64,000 bases of DNA from Marsupella aquatica (GCA_973895155.1 OZ316892.1:1192917-1256916), one strand, 5' to 3'; shown: positions 36,772 through 50,290, counted from the first letter of the stretch. Notes: generated from the sequence alone by a model not told the origin. Numbers and translations are program-made.

Positions 36772-39335
36772 CTAACTGTCTCTACGGATGAAACCGAAGT
36801 AACCCAAACATCTTCCTATCCAAGTTCCCTGGCCCCAAGGTTTGATGGCTTTCACAGAGTCTTCCTGATCTGAGACTTCTGTGATTTCCGTCCAATTTGG
36901 CAATTGCGCGGCCTCATTCTTGCTGACGAAAGTTCTCCTCTTTTTCCTAAGGATTATTCTGTTGGTTATAACTGCGCCACAAACTGGACAGACCAAATCA
37001 TGCGTTTTCTGCATCCTCAAAATTACTTCAAGATCATAGTCTGCCCCACGTGCAGTTGATTGACATCCTTCTTCTACGATTTCTTCCACAGATATGATAT
37101 CTCGACGGTGGTTGTGGTCCGTGCTTCTCAAAGAGTGTTCTCCATGCTCAACAACTTTTGTGGAAGGACCAAAAGGCTTGACACCCGCAAGAGGCATGTA
37201 ATCACTCTTGACGTCTGAGGGCAAGCTTGCACTGCTACTTTTACCCTTGTCGTACATAGTAACGAGCTTGGCAACATTCACTGGCTTTCCTTCACCCTCC
37301 GGTTTTGGCCCATGACTGCTTTCTGAATCTCCTTTTAAAAGAGTATGAGGATGTTTGTGCTCTATGGCTCCATATTTCTTCTCCTCTTCAAGTATTTCGT
37401 CATCTGATGGAAGGATATCTTCTCGTTTAGCAACTTCTTCTATGTGAGAGCTATCAAATCCCATGTCATCAGAAAGGTCAGTTTCATGCTCACCAGCTCC
37501 TGATGAAACTTCGCTATCACTACCCATTCTCTCGTCAGATTGGATACTGGGAGAACGACCTGCTTGAAGTTCCTCGTCCGGGACATGCTGTGAGCCGAGC
37601 TCTTTTTGTTTCAAGCCTGCTACCTTCTCTTCCCCTGTCCCACTGTCCTGGTGCCCCGAATAAGTGGGCACTTTGCTTGAGCCTTGCTTGAGCTTGTCGT
37701 CTCTTCCTATCTCAGGTACTTCACTGGGGCTTTGTTGTACCTTGTCAACTACTCCTTTCTCAGTCTCATTTTGTGCCTCTTCTCTTTCTTTGACCTTCTC
37801 TGCTTCCATCTCACCGAAAGCGAGAGTTTTGCGGCTCTCGGCAGGATCTCTGAGCTCATGATCACCTGTGAGGATAGAGCCTCCCGACTCACTCCCCTCC
37901 GGACCTCGGTGACCACCTGATCTCTGTGTCTCTGCACACAAGCACATTTGGTGAGAGTATCAACTATTGGAAAAGATGACCCGTCAGATGCAGCCGTTAA
38001 GACGCCATGATAGTCGGGAGAACTCACTTCCTACATTGTTCAATGACCACTGGGTTGGTGAGTGTTAAAGTAGACGATCCCAGAATTTGGGCCAGAATTA
38101 TAGGAATTCGAAACGAAGATTTCTAGTTCCTCGAATCTCCTACGATTTTGCCGAGGAAGAAAAGAATTTGAGAATGTCCTGTTGTCATAAAAATCCTAAA
38201 TCAGAAAGGTCAGTTTCATGCTCACCAGCTCCAGATGAAACTTCGCTATCACTACCCATTCTCTCGTCAGATTGGATACTGGGAGAACGACCTGCTTGAG
38301 GTTCCTCTTCCGGGACATGCTGTGAGCCGAGCTCTTTTTGTTTCAAGCCTGCGACCTTCTCTTGCCCTGTCCCACTGTCCTGGTGCCCCGAATAAGTGGG
38401 CACTTTGCTTGAGCCTTGCTTGAGCTTGTCGTCTCTTCCTATCTCAGGTACTTCACTGGGGCTTTGTTGTACCTTGTCAACTACTCCTTTCTCAGTCTCA
38501 TTTTGTGCCTCTTCTCTTTCTTTGACCTTCTCTGCTTCCATCTCACCGAAAGCGAGAGTTTTGCGGCTCTCGGCAGGATCTCTGTGCTCATGATCACCTG
38601 TGAGGATAGAGCCTCCCGACTCGCTCCCCTCCGGACCTCGGTGACCACCTGATCTCTGTGTCTCTGCACACAAGCACATTTGGTGAGAGTATCAACTATT
38701 GGAAAAGATGACCCGTCAGATGCAGCCGTTAAGACGCCATGATAGTCAGGAGAACTCACTTCCTACATTGTTCAATGCCCACTGGGTTGGTGAGTGTTAA
38801 AGTAGACGATCCCAGAATTTGGGCCAGAATTATAGGAACTCGAAACGAAGATTTCTAGTTCCTCGAATCTCCTACGATTTTGCCGAGGAAGAAAAGAATT
38901 TGAGAATGTCCTGTTGTCATAAAAATCCAGTGTGCAGATTACCTTCCCGGCGCAGGTTACCTTCTTCCGTCCCATGGAATTGTTGAGAACAACGCCAGAA
39001 CTCTAAGACACTTTACTAACAAGATCTCTACGCGCAGCACTAAAGTTTTTTTTTTTTTTTTTTCAAGAAGCCGGAAAAGGGCCGTGGATCCGAGACACCC
39101 AGGGGGCGAGAACCACGCGCAACAATAAAGTTCACTTCTAATGAACTGGAAAGGTGGGATTCTGGGTCACTCTCGTCCATACACATTCGCTGCCAATCTC
39201 ACCTTCTTCTGAACCGAGTGAAGAGCGTTTGGGACAAATCTTCTTGTGCTGTCGACGCTGTCTTGAATTTGGACTTGGAATTGGATAGTGCCACCCACAG
39301 CGTTTGCATTTTGACTCGCCTGCAAATGACCCCAT
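36772..39335 (-). CDS. Soluble acidic protein with N-terminal CxxC...HxxxC motif and C-terminal MEB (membrane protein of ER body)-like CPxC motif; model 39335-39203 + 37931-36772 (~430 aa)
   Basis: Exon 1 CKRCGWHYPIPSPNSRQRRQHKKIC ends at a phase-1 G|GTGAGA donor compatible with the TGCAG acceptor. The long exon contains YDLEVILRMQKTHDLVCPVCGAVITNRIILRKKRR and GRCLGYFGF. Exon linkage is inferred. Confidence 0.7.
37468..38928. repeat. Near-identical 732-bp-period tandem duplication (37468-38196 / 38200-38928)
   Basis: Directly visible; only scattered substitutions; duplicated ORFs in the six-frame track. Confidence 0.97.
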
Positions 39336-40804
39336 TCTGCTAGTTATTTCTCTGAGTTGTAGATTTCGACAGTCTATCGAGAAATTTACATTAACAAGGA
39401 CAGTCGTTTGCATCGCTTTTTGCTGAGTTCTAATCATCCTGGGAAATTTATAGATGGGCTCACTAGTTCGTGTAAAACATTTAGAGATATTATACACAGC
39501 AAACTATGTCTTCCAGGAACGACCCCAAAAGGTAAATGTCCATTCAAAGACTCAGGAAGGACTGTGAGCATACTGCCTTGCTCGTCAGTAGAAGCACTTT
39601 GCAGCCGCTTCAGCTTCCTCGGTGACGGCATGTGTTGTAATTTACTTGACGCCGTGTCCAAACTAGCACCCTTGTTGCTCAGAGTGCTGGACATGGCAGA
39701 AGCCGTCGCCATTCGAATGCCTCTTCCACCCAAATTTGGTAGTCAGGGGTAGAGCGTCGTTGGCATCACAGTGACTGAAGAAGTAGTAACAGTAATAATG
39801 TATCACACTTGGTAGACGTCACTTCCTCTTCAAAGAAAGCTAAGGAGTTCAGCTGGCTAATCAGATCGGCCTCTCCCTCAAAGAAAGATCAGTTGAAACA
39901 CTCCACAATAATCGCCACAAGTCCGGCGCTAGTCCTACTTTGAGTCCTGAATGAATGGCTCTCGTCCTAGACTAACATTTAGATAATCTCGGCAGCAATA
40001 GCGACATGCCGCAGAGAGGTTGAGCTGCTGGCGGTGAGCTCTTGCAGATTTGTCTAAATTGTCCTGAGAGCGGAGCCATCCTTTCGAAATCCAACTGGAG
40101 TCAGAGCACGCTCTCAGTATTCTTTCGATACATAGTGGAAACAGTAGCCCCTTCTACAGAAATTGGAGAGAATGGATCTGTTGCTGCTCTGCTCGATTAC
40201 AATTGCCACGAAATTGGCCAGAATCCCGGCCAGAATCTTCCACCTCGAACTCGTACCTCAATTACCTACACTTCATTCTTCCCTCCAGCTCTGCGCGTCG
40301 AAACCGAAGGCCGAAGTGCTAGACAATCACGTACCCAGAAACCTGCAATAATTGATTTATTATCAATCAATCAATCACCACCTACCGTTCAACTGCAACA
40401 CAGTCCATATACAATACCAGCTTCTCTTTGAAGAATGCTATTCAATTCTTTGAAAATCATCACTCTAGAAAGCAGAAATTTCACCTCTGGGGACACTTTC
40501 TGGCTACTAAAGACGCCAAGTCATGCCCAGCAAATGCGAAACGAAATTGAGTTACACGTTCAACCTGGGTTGGTTCGTTTTTTCCACAGAATGCCCTAGG
40601 TTTTGTGGCGGCTATTAAATTGATTTGCATTATTTGATCAGCTCAACGACGATCAGTACTCTACTGACTTGACTTTCGGTCCTCTGCTATAATTACCTCA
40701 CCGCAATAATGCGAAACCAAACCAAACCCAAGCTGAAGGTGTATTCATGTGAATCTTATGCGCTTGGCTTCAAACTGGAACTTCTATCTACACGGCAGGT
40801 TGAC

Positions 40805-40952
40805 AGCCATTGATTTTCAACAAACACCTTGAGGACATGAGCCTTGAGGACATGAGCCTTGAGGACATCAACAAGGATATAAAGGTGTTGAAAGCCATTG
40901 ATTTTCAACACGCACCTAGCTTGAGGACATCAACAAGAACATAAAGGTGTTG
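40805..40952. repeat. Nested short repeats (15-bp CCTTGAGGACATGAG x3 within a ~90-bp duplication)
   Basis: AGCCATTGATTTTCAACA and TTGAGGACATCAACAAG..ATAAAGGTGTTG each occur twice. Confidence 0.8.
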
Positions 40953-42183
40953 CAGGCACTGTTCCATCAGCGCCTAAAGTGATCAGCACTTGCATCTCCA
41001 AGAACCTTGGGCGAGATCTGAGCTTGTTATTTCCGGCCAACCCTCAAGTTTCTACCTGGGGTGGGTTGGGGCTGCTTAAAGGGATAGCCCTTTCATCTCC
41101 AAGAACCCTGGGCAAGATCTGAGCCATTTGTTTTGGGGAAGCCCTCAACTTTCTAATTGGGAGTTGTGGGCTTCGACAGCAGAGTGGAAGGAGACACAAT
41201 AATGAGTTGGGAGGGAATAATGAGAGGGATTCTATGTGAAATGTGGCAAGAAAATGAGACAATAGCCTTTCAAAATTTGTAGATCTCAATTCTCAATGAA
41301 ATTTAACTACATTGGGCTCATTGGGAAGATCGCTGTATCTAAAAAACCTGGAAAAAAACAAATTCCATTGGATATAGAACGAGACAGTGAATGTCAAAGT
41401 TTGTTGCTCAAAAACTTTCTGAAATACAACTGTGGATAGTGAGTCATGTCCAAGTAAATTTTTACAAATTACTAACTATTTATCATCTATGAGAATACGC
41501 TAGAGATATTAGGCTCTTTAGAAAGATTTTCCAAGACTCTTCTAACCAGCCCAAGAAGAGCATATTCCATTGGATATCAAGGGAGCTATTGAAATTTAAA
41601 ATTATTTTATAAGTGCACATGATACGATATATGCACTTCATCACACGTGCACAGTTGCACTACCCAATAGGTGCATGGAAAATTACTTATGCACTTCCTC
41701 ATATGTGTGTCTGGTCACACAGACCAGACTCTTCATCCCCTAGCCTTTATACGCCCTAATCAACTGGATAAGTGCAGGTGGTTTCATGCACATATTGATG
41801 TGTATGAACTGGATATTGCAGGTGGTTTCATACACTAATAGATGTGAATGCACTTATGTATTTGCCATTTAGTGTTGGTTGAGGGTCAATTTGCACTTAT
41901 GCACACTGCATTCTTGGGTGTATTTACCCAAAAGAATTGCTGTAATATTAAGGGATTACTAAGTAGGCTGTCATGGAATTGGAATAGTGCCTAGAGTAAC
42001 TTACTGCAACTCTAAGTGAGGGCATAACCAAGTGAGAGTGAAGGTCCAAATAACAAGGATGAGGCAAAGATGAACAATAAATAACATGGAATCTTGTTTG
42101 GTGCAAGGATTTGTTTTTAGTCTTATCCCTATTTTTAGTCAAGTAACCTATAATCAGGCTAGTCCCTCAAAATCTCTTCTATT

Positions 42184-42527
42184 AACCACCTGGCTTGGGT
42201 CAGATGGTTAGGGGATTAGTCTGAAAGGTCCCAGGTTCAATCCCCCCTCCACATAAGGGTTGTGGAGGGTCTATGTGTGTGGGTGGGATAGGTTTTGTGG
42301 ATGCATATAGTGGATGTGAGTTCTGATTATCTCCTCGTCCCCTAGTTGCCCACTTTGTGACTCTATGGGATCCCTGGGGGCTCACCCTGGAATGGTCTTC
42401 CTGGTATGGTCTCTATGGGATCGCTGGGGGCTCACCCTGAAATGGGTTCCCGACAAAAAATGTATGTTACTATTGGGTTGACGAGAGGCTACTAAACTTT
42501 CTTCCTTATTTTCATTCAAGGCAAAAC
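42184..42527 (+). mobile_element. tRNA-derived SINE, full-length copy
   Basis: A-box-like TGGCTTGGGTCAGATGG, B-box GGTTCAATCCC, internal ~50-bp duplication, tail TTCAAGGCAAAAC; perfect 16-bp TSD CAAAATCTCTTCTATT at 42168-42183 and 42528-42543. Confidence 0.9.
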
Positions 42528-43096
42528 CAAAATCTCTTCTATTCAATTGTGAATATGCCACATTAACAAGATATGTCCAGAATCAGAGTGGATATATTTG
42601 TTTGTTAGAAGAATGGCAGGGATTGAAAAAGCAATAGTAATTCTTTAAAAACGTCAATGCCCCCAGGCCCCTATCATCGCTACCATTTTCCAATCTCTCT
42701 ATTTTCTTTCAATGAACCAGTAATGAGGGTGATCAGGCTAGTTCCTCAAAATCGCTTCTATTCCAGCATGAATATGCGAAAATAACAAGATATGTCAAGA
42801 ATCAGAGTGGATAATGTTTTTGCTAGAAAAATAGTAGCGATTGAAAAAGCAACAGTACTTTCAATAAACAGTGAAGTCAATGCCCGCATTTTCTGAGTCC
42901 AGCCGCCAATTTTATTCTTGAGATCTTAGGTGCACAAAAGGAAAAAGTGGGGTGTGGATTCTAGAGTAGTAGCTCGAGAATCAGCCTAGCGACGAGGCTT
43001 TGCTTTCGCCCTAGAGGAGCAGAACAGAGCTTGACAGGGCAGGGGTGTGCGAATTTGTCGTCATTTCGACGAAAGCTTTTGTTGTGGTTGCTGGAG

Positions 43097-46000
43097 ATGG
43101 CCGCGGTTTCGGCTACGATCGTCAGTGCTGCTCTCGGATCAGTTGCTGCGCGGCAGACGGCCGCAACCCAGGTGTGGATCTCGATCGGGGGCCTCAGCGA
43201 GTGCTCTTTGAGAGATTCGAGGACTGTCCGGTGCCATTCCCCAGTTTTTTCCAGTTCAGGTGGGTTTTCCGGTGTTCGAATGTGCCGTTGTGAAATGGGC
43301 ATTCAAGAGAAGCTTTTCTGTGGTCTGCGTGACAATATTGCTTGATCTATTGGAGTCTAGGGTTTTTCTCAACACAAAGATGTCTTTCTTACCACCTGTC
43401 TGCAATCTGTGTTGGGCCGCGCGTACTGTATCATAAACATTGATTTTCCGAGTTCTTTTGTAACGAGTGTCCTTGTTACAATAACTACGACACACGTTTG
43501 AAGCTCCAGAGGTAGAATTCAGGTCCTCTGTATTTCTCTCGAGAGTGTGGTGGAGGTGTCCTCGGAAATTGAGGATTGCGACACTTGAGAGTGGACGATT
43601 CAAAGGCCAATGAGTTCATAGCATATTAGATTCTGTCCGTGGTTTCGGTCCCAAGAAGTGAGTGCATCGCATGTGGCGTGGGTTGCTTGATTCGTGTTGT
43701 GGCCTTTGGGTCGATATATGTCCTGTTGGTCGGAGTTCTGGGCTCTACTTCAGGAGGATATCATTGCATCTATTCTCTGAGGGTCGTTTTTCTTTCCTCT
43801 ACCATAGATTTCGTCAGCATTGATTGACTATCTGAGAAGTTTGTCAATCTTGATTTCTTTTGTTGTACAAGCTATCACATATGTTACGTAGTCAGATCTA
43901 AGCTTGTAGCCCCTTGTGAGCCTCACATCCAAACATTATGCATATGCTATGTTAGTCCCTGCACAATAAGCATGGCACCATCTGTTTCCCTGGATCACCC
44001 GGCATTGTCCCTGCGGACAGACAGACGGAAGGAAGGAAGGAACAATTGTTCCTCTAGAGCCCTCACTAGCTCGGGAATGGCGTCTACGTCCAGCAATGGT
44101 GGTAGTACTAGTCAGCAGGAGGAGTTGGCCAAGACGACATCGACGAGGGGGCTCTGTGACACCGTGCTGGGCGTGTTGGGCGGTGGGCAGCTTGGACGGA
44201 TGTTATGCCAAGCTGCTTCTCCTATGGGAATCAAAGTGGCAGTGTTGGATCCCTTGCCGGACTGCCCAGCCAGTACAATTTCGTATAAGCACACCGTGGG
44301 CAGCTTCCGTGACACTAATGCTGTTCGCAGCTTTGCAGAGGGGTGAGTTCCTATAATGTCAATTGAACCCATTGCATTCTCTTTCTTTTTTGTGCAATTG
44401 CTGTAACAGGGTGACCAATTTGGATGAATCTGTGTCTTAATCCTAAATTCTAAACCCGCTATATCGATGACCTATACGGAACTTTATTCTGGGAGACTGA
44501 TGGAATTCTGTCACCTTATAGTACGAATTCCGCATGTGATCGTGAGAAAGAGAAGACAACTTCAAGGATGAATTGAAGCTAACAATGTTACTTCTACACT
44601 TTGGCAATTAGGTGTGGGGTTCTAACGGTAGAGATAGAGCATGTGGATGTGGAGACTCTGGAGGCTCTTGCAAGCGAGGGGGCAGATGTCGAGCCAAAAC
44701 CGTTTACTATCCGAACAATTCAGGTGAGCTGAGGACTTACTCTGCAAGAAGTTTAACTGGGTCACGTCCTTTGAGTGGAAGTAACAGCTTTGTCAAAATA
44801 AACTTGCTGTGTTTGGGACATCTCAAGAGTTATTCCTCACGAATCTAATGGACGACTTGCAGAATAAATATTTGCAAAAAGTGCACTTCAGGAAAAACGG
44901 AGTGGCACTTCCAGACTTCATGAAGGTGAGAAAATTTCTGCTTGCCGAAGAATTGTAATTCAGTGGTTCTTACTTCTCTTAAATTCACCAAACTGTGACA
45001 TTCTATGTGCAAGCATCATTGGAAAGAAGTCATCTATAAACAGCATGAGTACGTTTTGATGCAGTTTGATAGATCTCTTGCGTATTTGGCGGAAGTTTTC
45101 GGAATTCTAAATTCTAACGGAACCGAATTTCTAATTTCTAACGGAATCTATGACCGCTCCAGTTCTATTGCTTTTATTTATACAACCATTGAACGAAGTT
45201 TTCCATTCGGGTTATACTCTACTTGTCATATGTTCAATGCCTGACTTGCAGAGAAGCTTGACGTCATCTTTGGCAGATAGACAATGCAGAGGGTGCACAA
45301 AGAGCTGGACGTGCTTTTGGATATCCTGTTATGCTGAAAAGCAGATTGCTTGCGTACGATGGGCGGGGCAATGCAGTTGTACGCTCTGAAGACGATTTCC
45401 ACCGAGCTGTATCCTGTAAGATGAGCAAAATTTATAAAACCATGGAAAGTTGTTTAGTAGATTCGGTTAGACCGTGAAAATTTGGCAGAAACCATTCCTG
45501 GTTTTAGAAAGTGGATTGGTTTTGGTTCTCGAGATTTCGGTCTTTGATGATCTTTACTTGCAGATGCTAACGAAACACAATGTCATTCAGTTCAGCTTGT
45601 GCAATCCTTAATCATTTCTCTGGCTATCATGCAGTGCTTGGTGGGTATGAACGAGGGCTCTATGCGGAGAAATGGGCACCTTTTGTGAAGGTGTGTAAAG
45701 TAAACTCTGAGAGATATGGTTTCTGCGATTGGTGTCACAGCGTCAAGTTTAATGCCGCATTTGTATTTTGCAGGAACTTGCAATAATGGTCGCCAGGGGA
45801 AGGGATGGCACTGTACGCTCCTTCCCAGTAGTAGAGACTATTCACAAGTGAGGACTTTCTATGCAAGCGCTATCTACACTTCTCCCCCCCAGCTTCTCCT
45901 TTCTTGGTTTTTTTCCAAAATTATCAACACAACTCAAAATCTGAGGGTTTCAAGTAGGAGTGTTAGAAATGTCCAAGGCAGTTTCATATTATTAGGAAGT

Positions 46001-49000
46001 TTGCCTCCATGGACTCTGTCATCTCATTATTGTGAGTAGGGAAACAAAAAGTGACTTAACTTATCAGTTGAAAAACACAGTGTGAAGTGTAATATGGCCA
46101 GGTTCGGGCAGATAACCTGCGTGCTCATCTTTCAGGGATAATATCTGCTCTACGGTGGAGGCTCCAGCCAACGTTTCCTCAGTTATTGCCAAGAAGGCCA
46201 TGACTGTCGCTGAAAAAGCGATCAAGTCTCTAGAAGGGGCAGGGGTGTTTGGCGTTGAGTTATTTCTCCTTGCTGATGACCAGGTCCTTCTTTTCTCCTG
46301 GGAACTATCTTACATCTCTTTCAATTAACTGAACCGTGCTGCACTTATCGACAGCTTTCCTCAATGGGTTCATGTTATTTGTAATCATACAGGTTTTGTT
46401 GAATGAGGTGGCTCCGAGACCTCATAATAGTGGCCACTACACCATCGAGGCCTGTTTTGTGTCTCAGTACGAACAGCATCTGCGAGCTGTTTTGGGTATT
46501 CCTCTAGGAGATCCGTCCATGAAAGTGCCTGCTGCCTTGATGTATAACTTACTTGGGGAAGACGAGGTTTGTTCTAATTCTTGAGACATTGGTGACATTT
46601 GCCATTGTCCTCTAAGTTATAAAGTTATCTCAGCGTTTGTATTTGAGTAGTTGTTGTGACCTTGCTTTTATGGTGCAGCAATAGTCGGGCTTTTTGGACA
46701 ATGTCTTAGCATTCGTTTACGGAAAATAGTGAGAATGAAATTCAATGGGAACTCGAGTCTTCGGCTGTTTAGTCGTGAATTCTCTACCAGGGATTATTTG
46801 TTTCTGGTTCTAACAGCACGCACTCCCCCGTTTCGAATTACAGGGGGAGGCAGGCTTTGCCATGATGAATCAAATACTGGCAAGGGCAGCGGATGTTCCC
46901 GGCGCCAGCATTCATTGGTATGAAAAGCCAGGTATGTGAGAAGTGATTGTTTCCTGCCCGGAGTTGTATCTGAATCAACGAGGACCATTATTGTGGAGGC
47001 TGGAGAAGTAGTGTGGACTTTGGAACTCACTCGCTATTTGAACTCTGTAGAAATACGGCGGCAGCGGAAGATGGGTCATATTACCCTTGTGGGTCAAAGT
47101 GCATCCGAGCTGAAGGCAAGGCTTGGTAGAATCGTTGACAGCGATTTTCAAAACGGCACTATTCGTGCTCTTCCAAAGATGGACTTGGAGCTTGCAACAG
47201 ATAATAAGCAGCCAGGTCACTTCCACCCCCCGTTCGGATCCCTATTCCGAACTGAATCATCGAAAGTCTTGCCAGCTCCATAAATCCAGGGAATCAATTA
47301 ATTTGAAGTCTCCCAGAGGGACTTGAACAGGGTTGGAGTGACCTATGTGCTGATAGTGAAGTAATTGTGTCTATCTTGGACTGCAGTTGTTCCACCAGTT
47401 GGGATAATAATGGGTTCCGACTCGGATCTCCCTGTGATGAAAGATGCGGCGCAGATCCTAGATGTTTTTGGCATTGCTTACGAGGTGCGATGCCTCATCC
47501 ATGACAGATTTCTTGAATTAATATCTAGGCTTGAAGGCCAGCTTCTTACTCTTTTTCGTTAACTGCTGATGTCACATGTGAATGATGACCATATCCTCGT
47601 TGAAAATCTATTTTGATTGGACATTACTGTTGGATCGACTGAAAGCAGATATCTAAAAAATTCGGGAAATGAGGTTAGCTTATTCATGAATGCTATCACC
47701 TTTGACTCATGACTATTGAGTTGGAATGGAGATTTGTTGGCATTCTTTTCTTTTGATCAATTCAATTTGAAATTGCTACTGAGCATCGTCAGTGTTGTGT
47801 TGTGACAGTTGACAATTGTTTCTGCACATCGGACACCGGATCGGATGGTTACATATGCCCAAAACGCGCACAAGCGAGGTGTGAAAGTTATTATTGCAGG
47901 GGCTGGTGGGGCTGCTCATTTACCTGGTTCGTGACACTTCTCACTGAGAAGCTATTCATTCGTGCTTGACAATCAGTATGCCGGAAGAAATGCCTCAGTC
48001 AATGCACTCCGAAGTCTCTGCTATCCTTGGAGGTCCATTGGGCAAGCTGCTCATTAGAGGGTTTGAACAAGGAATGTTTGATTTCTCGGATTGCAAGAAG
48101 ACATCGTTAGATCTCACTGCAAGTATTGGAAACATTTGATCTCCATATGTCACTGCAAGTATCTGCTGCGACTCAGTGATGAGCGACTGGCTTCATTTCG
48201 GCATGGACCATCATTTCTAATATGAATGCCAACTCCTTATTGCCGACACCTACCTTGGGAACAGAATAAATGCCTAGAGTGACTTTTGAAGGTTTATCTG
48301 CTCAAGTTTTCACGACTTTGAATATGCTTGTGGGCTGTCCACGTTACCAGGCATGGTAGCAGCTCTTACTCCACTTCCTGTCATTGGAGTTCCAGTCAAG
48401 GGCTCATCAACCGATGGCTTGGATTCGCTGCTCTCTATTGTTCAGGTTTCTCACACCCCTATAACGTGCTTAGGGAGTTGTTTAAATCGTTGTTTATTGA
48501 AATTTCTGGCCTTACGAGTTTCTCACTCAATGATTAATTTTTCGGCTCAGTTGCTGGGTAATGTGACTCGGACTATGCTCATTACGCAGTTTGGGGACTT
48601 AGACAACTTGAATTTTCGATGAAGAGTTTCGGATATAAGAAACAGTAGCGCACGAAATGGAGGATCCTGCATAGATGCTTCAAAAGTAAAAGATTTGTTG
48701 GATTCCCCTATTTTGCGGTGCAGATGCCAAGAGGTGTACCTGTGGCTGCCGTGGCCATCCAGAATGCGACAAATGCAGGACTACTGGCTGTGCGCATACT
48801 TGGAACAGCTGACGCGCAGCACCTAGACAGGTAAGTTTGCTCTCCTGTTGGCGAGTAGTTGAGTCAATTTCTATCGTAACGGTAGCTCTAGTGCCAAAAT
48901 CCTGATCACTTGAGCTAATTCTTCCTGGGTGATCCTTTCGGACCCAGTTCGTTCGTATCCATTCTCGATCGTAAAGGACTCTTTTGTGAAAGTTCAAAAG

Positions 49001-49189
49001 AAATTTTATTAATTAGTGATCATTGGGGGATGTGCTGTCAAATATAAAGTTCTTGTTTGGCGCGACTCTGACTTTGTTTGCCTTATTCCCTTATTCAGGA
49101 TGATGAAGTACCAGGATGAGTTGAGGGATACGGTACTCAGTAAAGTTGAAAAGCTGGAGAGAGTGGGTTGGCAAAAGTACCTAAAATAA
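43097..49189 (+). CDS. ADE2: Bifunctional phosphoribosylaminoimidazole (AIR) carboxylase, PurK-PurE/ADE2-like, plastid-targeted, multi-exon
   Basis: [119 protein letters not shown]; stop at 49187-49189. The transit-peptide exon (43097-43259) is inferred; 43972 is an alternative start. Confidence 0.93.
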
Positions 49190-50290
49190 GAAAGACTTGG
49201 CAATCAGCCATAATGGCTACAAAATTTTGCTGCTACCAAGAATTGGTCGGATTCATATTACAGTGTAACAAGAGCGATTATCACCAAAAGGAGAGACATT
49301 AGAAGTAGGTTTGTGATGTTATGTTCACGGCGTTACATTCTTGGTGACGAGCCCGTCCCTCGGGTGGAACTTCCTGTTAAGAGTCTTTTGGACGCCTGGA
49401 TTTCTCGCACATCTGAAGGGCTCCAATACAGAGCAAGTTGTAACATATAATCTTCTACAAAAGCACCAATGGATGTACCACTGTGGAAAAGGTGAGTACA
49501 TGTTTTCGGCTTCGGCTGGACAAGTTTGGTATGCGATGGAGAGATTGTAGTGTAGACGAAATGATTTATCCGTGGAAAGTATGACTTCCAGGCGCTTAAC
49601 ATTTGTCCAACTTAAATCCCCGAAAGAATACCGCATTTGACCAATGAAGGCAAGCCGTAAGTAATCTTCACTGAACTGCCCGGCGTGTGATAGCCAGGAG
49701 CAGGACTTCTTGTGACCACGAACTTCAAAAAACCGGTGGAAAATAAAGCTAGTTAAAAGGTTTACCTTACAGGTGCAAGGTGCATTGATCCCTAGTATGC
49801 CCTGAACTGTCACACCAGACGGCTCTATCCACTAAAGCAGAATTGAACTAACAGGAGTTACTTGGTAATATTTTCCAACTATCAGTTAACATTCGAAAGA
49901 CGAGGTCAAACTGAATAGAGGTATAGCTTTACAAGAGATTATGGACATGTAAGCGAGAGATCTCCGGGTCATGCGAATTCTAAGGTATCAAGCGAGGTCC
50001 AGTTGAGCCGGTGGCTGGTGTTTGTGCAAGTGTACCCAGCCCTGGTGTCTGTGCGAGACCCAGTCCATGGCCGATATTTGTAGCCCACTTGAAGAAGTGA
50101 GAAAATCTAGAATAATATCGGAATTGTGACAAGATTCGACTTGTGGGCGATATTGAGTTTAATATCAGTATTAATGTATTAGCCTGGGATTTCTTTTAAG
50201 AAAAGCTCTTAGATAAGTACACTGTGAAAAGCGTCGAGTCGAGTCGTTTGACTTTACGAAATATATCAATAATGAGTCATCGGCGAGACG

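Noticed and set aside
38757-38765. Possible 3-nt microexon (minus-strand TAG|GAA|GTGAGT, also in the other duplicate)
   Set aside because: Weak polypyrimidine tract and not needed for the reading frame; unsupported without RNA data.
42184-42250. Possible tRNA gene (A/B boxes, GGTTCAATCCC)
   Set aside because: No complete cloverleaf or acceptor stem; it continues into a repeated body with tail and TSD, so it is a SINE head.
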